Of a DNA stretch of 64,000 bases, positions 62,430 through 64,000 are shown in pieces. Below the pieces are notes generated by a model. That model made no database searches. It was not told the origin of the DNA and saw nothing but the letters and a program-made list of their open reading frames with translations. This DNA comes from Amphiscolops sp. MND2022 (Eukaryota): the NCBI GenBank assembly GCA_964187785.1, contig OZ076409.1, positions 74,154,001 to 74,218,000 on the forward strand. Reading direction: 5' to 3'. Positions within the stretch are counted from its first letter, which is position 1. Each line of letters starts with the position of its first letter. The position numbers were made by a program, and so were the translations under genes.

Positions 62430-64000
62430 ATTGTGTCATCTTTGCGACGAACATGTTCAAGTTTCTGAAATCTGTAAAATTTTGAACCGCCTTAGGGAAA
62501 ATAAAAGTTTAAAACATCACCACACAAATCAATCATTAGTCAATGGATTGCAGAGTTCTTTCGCTGAACTGTTTCCTTCGCAAGCAGAACCTTTAATGAG
62601 TTTTTGTGAAATGTTAGAGGGTTGTCAGGTTGTGCACTGTCACAGAGCTAATGTTGACACTGTTAGGATTGACTGTGCTAGAAACGATGTAATTTTAGTG
62701 GTTGCCACCGATGTCCAAACTAGGGATAGTCAAATTCCTTTCAATTTAACATCAATTAATGGTAAAATCTTTCAATTGATTTTCATCTCAGCTGAAAGTA
62801 AGGTGAGTTTGAGGCACGGAGATCCTTTTTTCAATTTCTGGACTATACTAAACGACGGAAGCCGTGCTAGAAAAGATCCAACTTTGGAATTCCAGTACAA
62901 TAGAATTTGGAAATTTTTAATTTACGTTTCTAAGACAGACTTGAATGAGGAAACTAAACTTCGATACTTAAAATACATGGGAGGTCAGGGAATTTTTTTC
63001 TGTCAGGAACACCATCTGCCGCTATCTACGGATTACTTTAAAAGCCAACGAAAATGTAGTATGCCTAAAAACACCGGTGACCAGCGAATATGTACTAGAA
63101 AATCTGCTTGGCGTTGTCCCGAAAAAAATTGTTTAGCGTCCGTTTGTAAGACTCATTTCCGTGAATTTTGTGACGCTAACGATAAGGTTTTGGTCGACAA
63201 CACGCCTTCTGATGATGCAATCCAAGACAGCAGCGATGAAGAAGCTACTTTGCCAGAAGAAGCTGAAGAGCAGCCGGAAAACAGTTTGCCAGGACCTAGC
63301 TTCGTACTGGACGACCAACAGAGACCACAAGAACCTGAAGCCAACATGGATGAGTTCGATTGCCCACAATTAATTGTGGATGCCGGGTTCCAAGAAACTG
63401 ATGCTTTTGCCACGGACGCTGGCTGTGAGCCCGTTTACTTGTCCAATGACTCCAATTTCGTTCCCATGCATGTACTTTTAAATGGTGAATGTCAAATACT
63501 GAAAAGATTGAAATATCCCTCCCACATAGGCAAAAAATTCCAACGTTTTTTCCAAAATTTTGTTTCCACACTTCCGGGTCGTTCTATCCCCCTGCTGCAA
63601 CCTGAAGCGTGTCTATTCCCAAGCATTTTTTACAAGCAATTAGAAGACGGTTCGTTTCCTGGCGCTCTGCCTTTTTTCTTGTATGACGATAAAAATGCAA
63701 ACTCCAAGTTAGAATTCGATGGTTTGCATGAACACATGCGTTTAAGACTTAAGGACGGTACGCTTTTAACTTCTTCCAACTTGGCCTATATAATGTATGC
63801 TTTCGACTGTGTTTTAAATTTGTCACTTGTAAAATGCCACACAAATCAATTTTTCAAACGGGGATTGCAGACTATCACAATTGGCAAGTACAAACCGCAG
63901 CAGCTGACATCTACGGAGTCTGTTCTAAAAATGGATAGCGTCGACAGCGACGTACATGTAAATCGATTAGGAACTGCTTGTGCCACTGAAACGCCGGATC
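62386..64000 (+). CDS. Frameshifted continuation of the putative Helitron Rep/helicase (open to the window end; absent from the ORF track)
   Basis: My translation of frame +1 has no stop from 62323 to 64000: VFAHAFLLSDSLWYK...GGQGIFFCQEHHLPL...CTRKSAWRCPEKNCLASVCKTH...(acidic stretch)...ATDAG...HVLLN...SIPLLQPEACLFPSIFY...DGSFPGALP...HMRLRL...YAFDCVLN...DSVDSDVHVNRLGTACATETPD. The E-x-x-F-P-x-(I/L)-F motif and the terminal P-D recall the region just before Rep motif 1 (FxTxT) of Helitron-like proteins. This is recognition from memory, not a database hit. Confidence 0.65.

Larger units (their letters stand above)
59641..64000 (+). mobile_element. Candidate autonomous Helitron-like element, 5' part (runs off the window)
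   Basis: Begins at a standard CTAG|GTG junction with the head box at 59680. It is collinear with the 1.3-kb units until ~60410, then becomes unique sequence containing the only long reading frames in the window. Confidence 0.7.

Noticed and set aside
60496..63571. Short antisense or alternate-frame ORFs around and within the long ORF
   Set aside because: They are shadows of the long + strand frames or short unsupported ORFs.

Overview
This window looks like eukaryotic repetitive DNA. Bases 1-59640 are an uninterrupted head-to-tail array of 42 non-coding units: 41 complete plus a nearly complete first one. Of the complete units, 32 are 1255-1310 bp, six are 1974-1992 bp, and three are outliers of 1390, 1070 and 3070 bp. 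Every junction reads CTAG|GTG (once CTGG|GTG), with no host DNA or target-site duplication between units. Units belong to several diverged families but share fixed terminal landmarks: a GGG(T/G)AGGG box about 39 nt after the junction, and, in 40 of 42, the 20-bp palindrome GGGCATGCCGAGGCATGCCC 43-58 nt before the next junction. Near-identical units recur with different neighbours, and the switch falls at CTAGGTG. The array therefore behaves like a shuffled cassette array rather than a simple satellite. The 43rd unit (from 59641) starts like the others, then runs into splice-like signals and a Cys/His-rich reading frame of more than 1000 codons, broken by one frameshift in a T8 run. By my recognition (no search run) it resembles the N-terminal region of a Helitron-type Rep/helicase and is cut by the window end just before the expected Rep motif 1. 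Best hypothesis: a rolling-circle (HUH) element family that integrates into its own end-to-end junction, with non-autonomous cassettes and a candidate autonomous copy in one array. The short ORFs inside the units are judged spurious.
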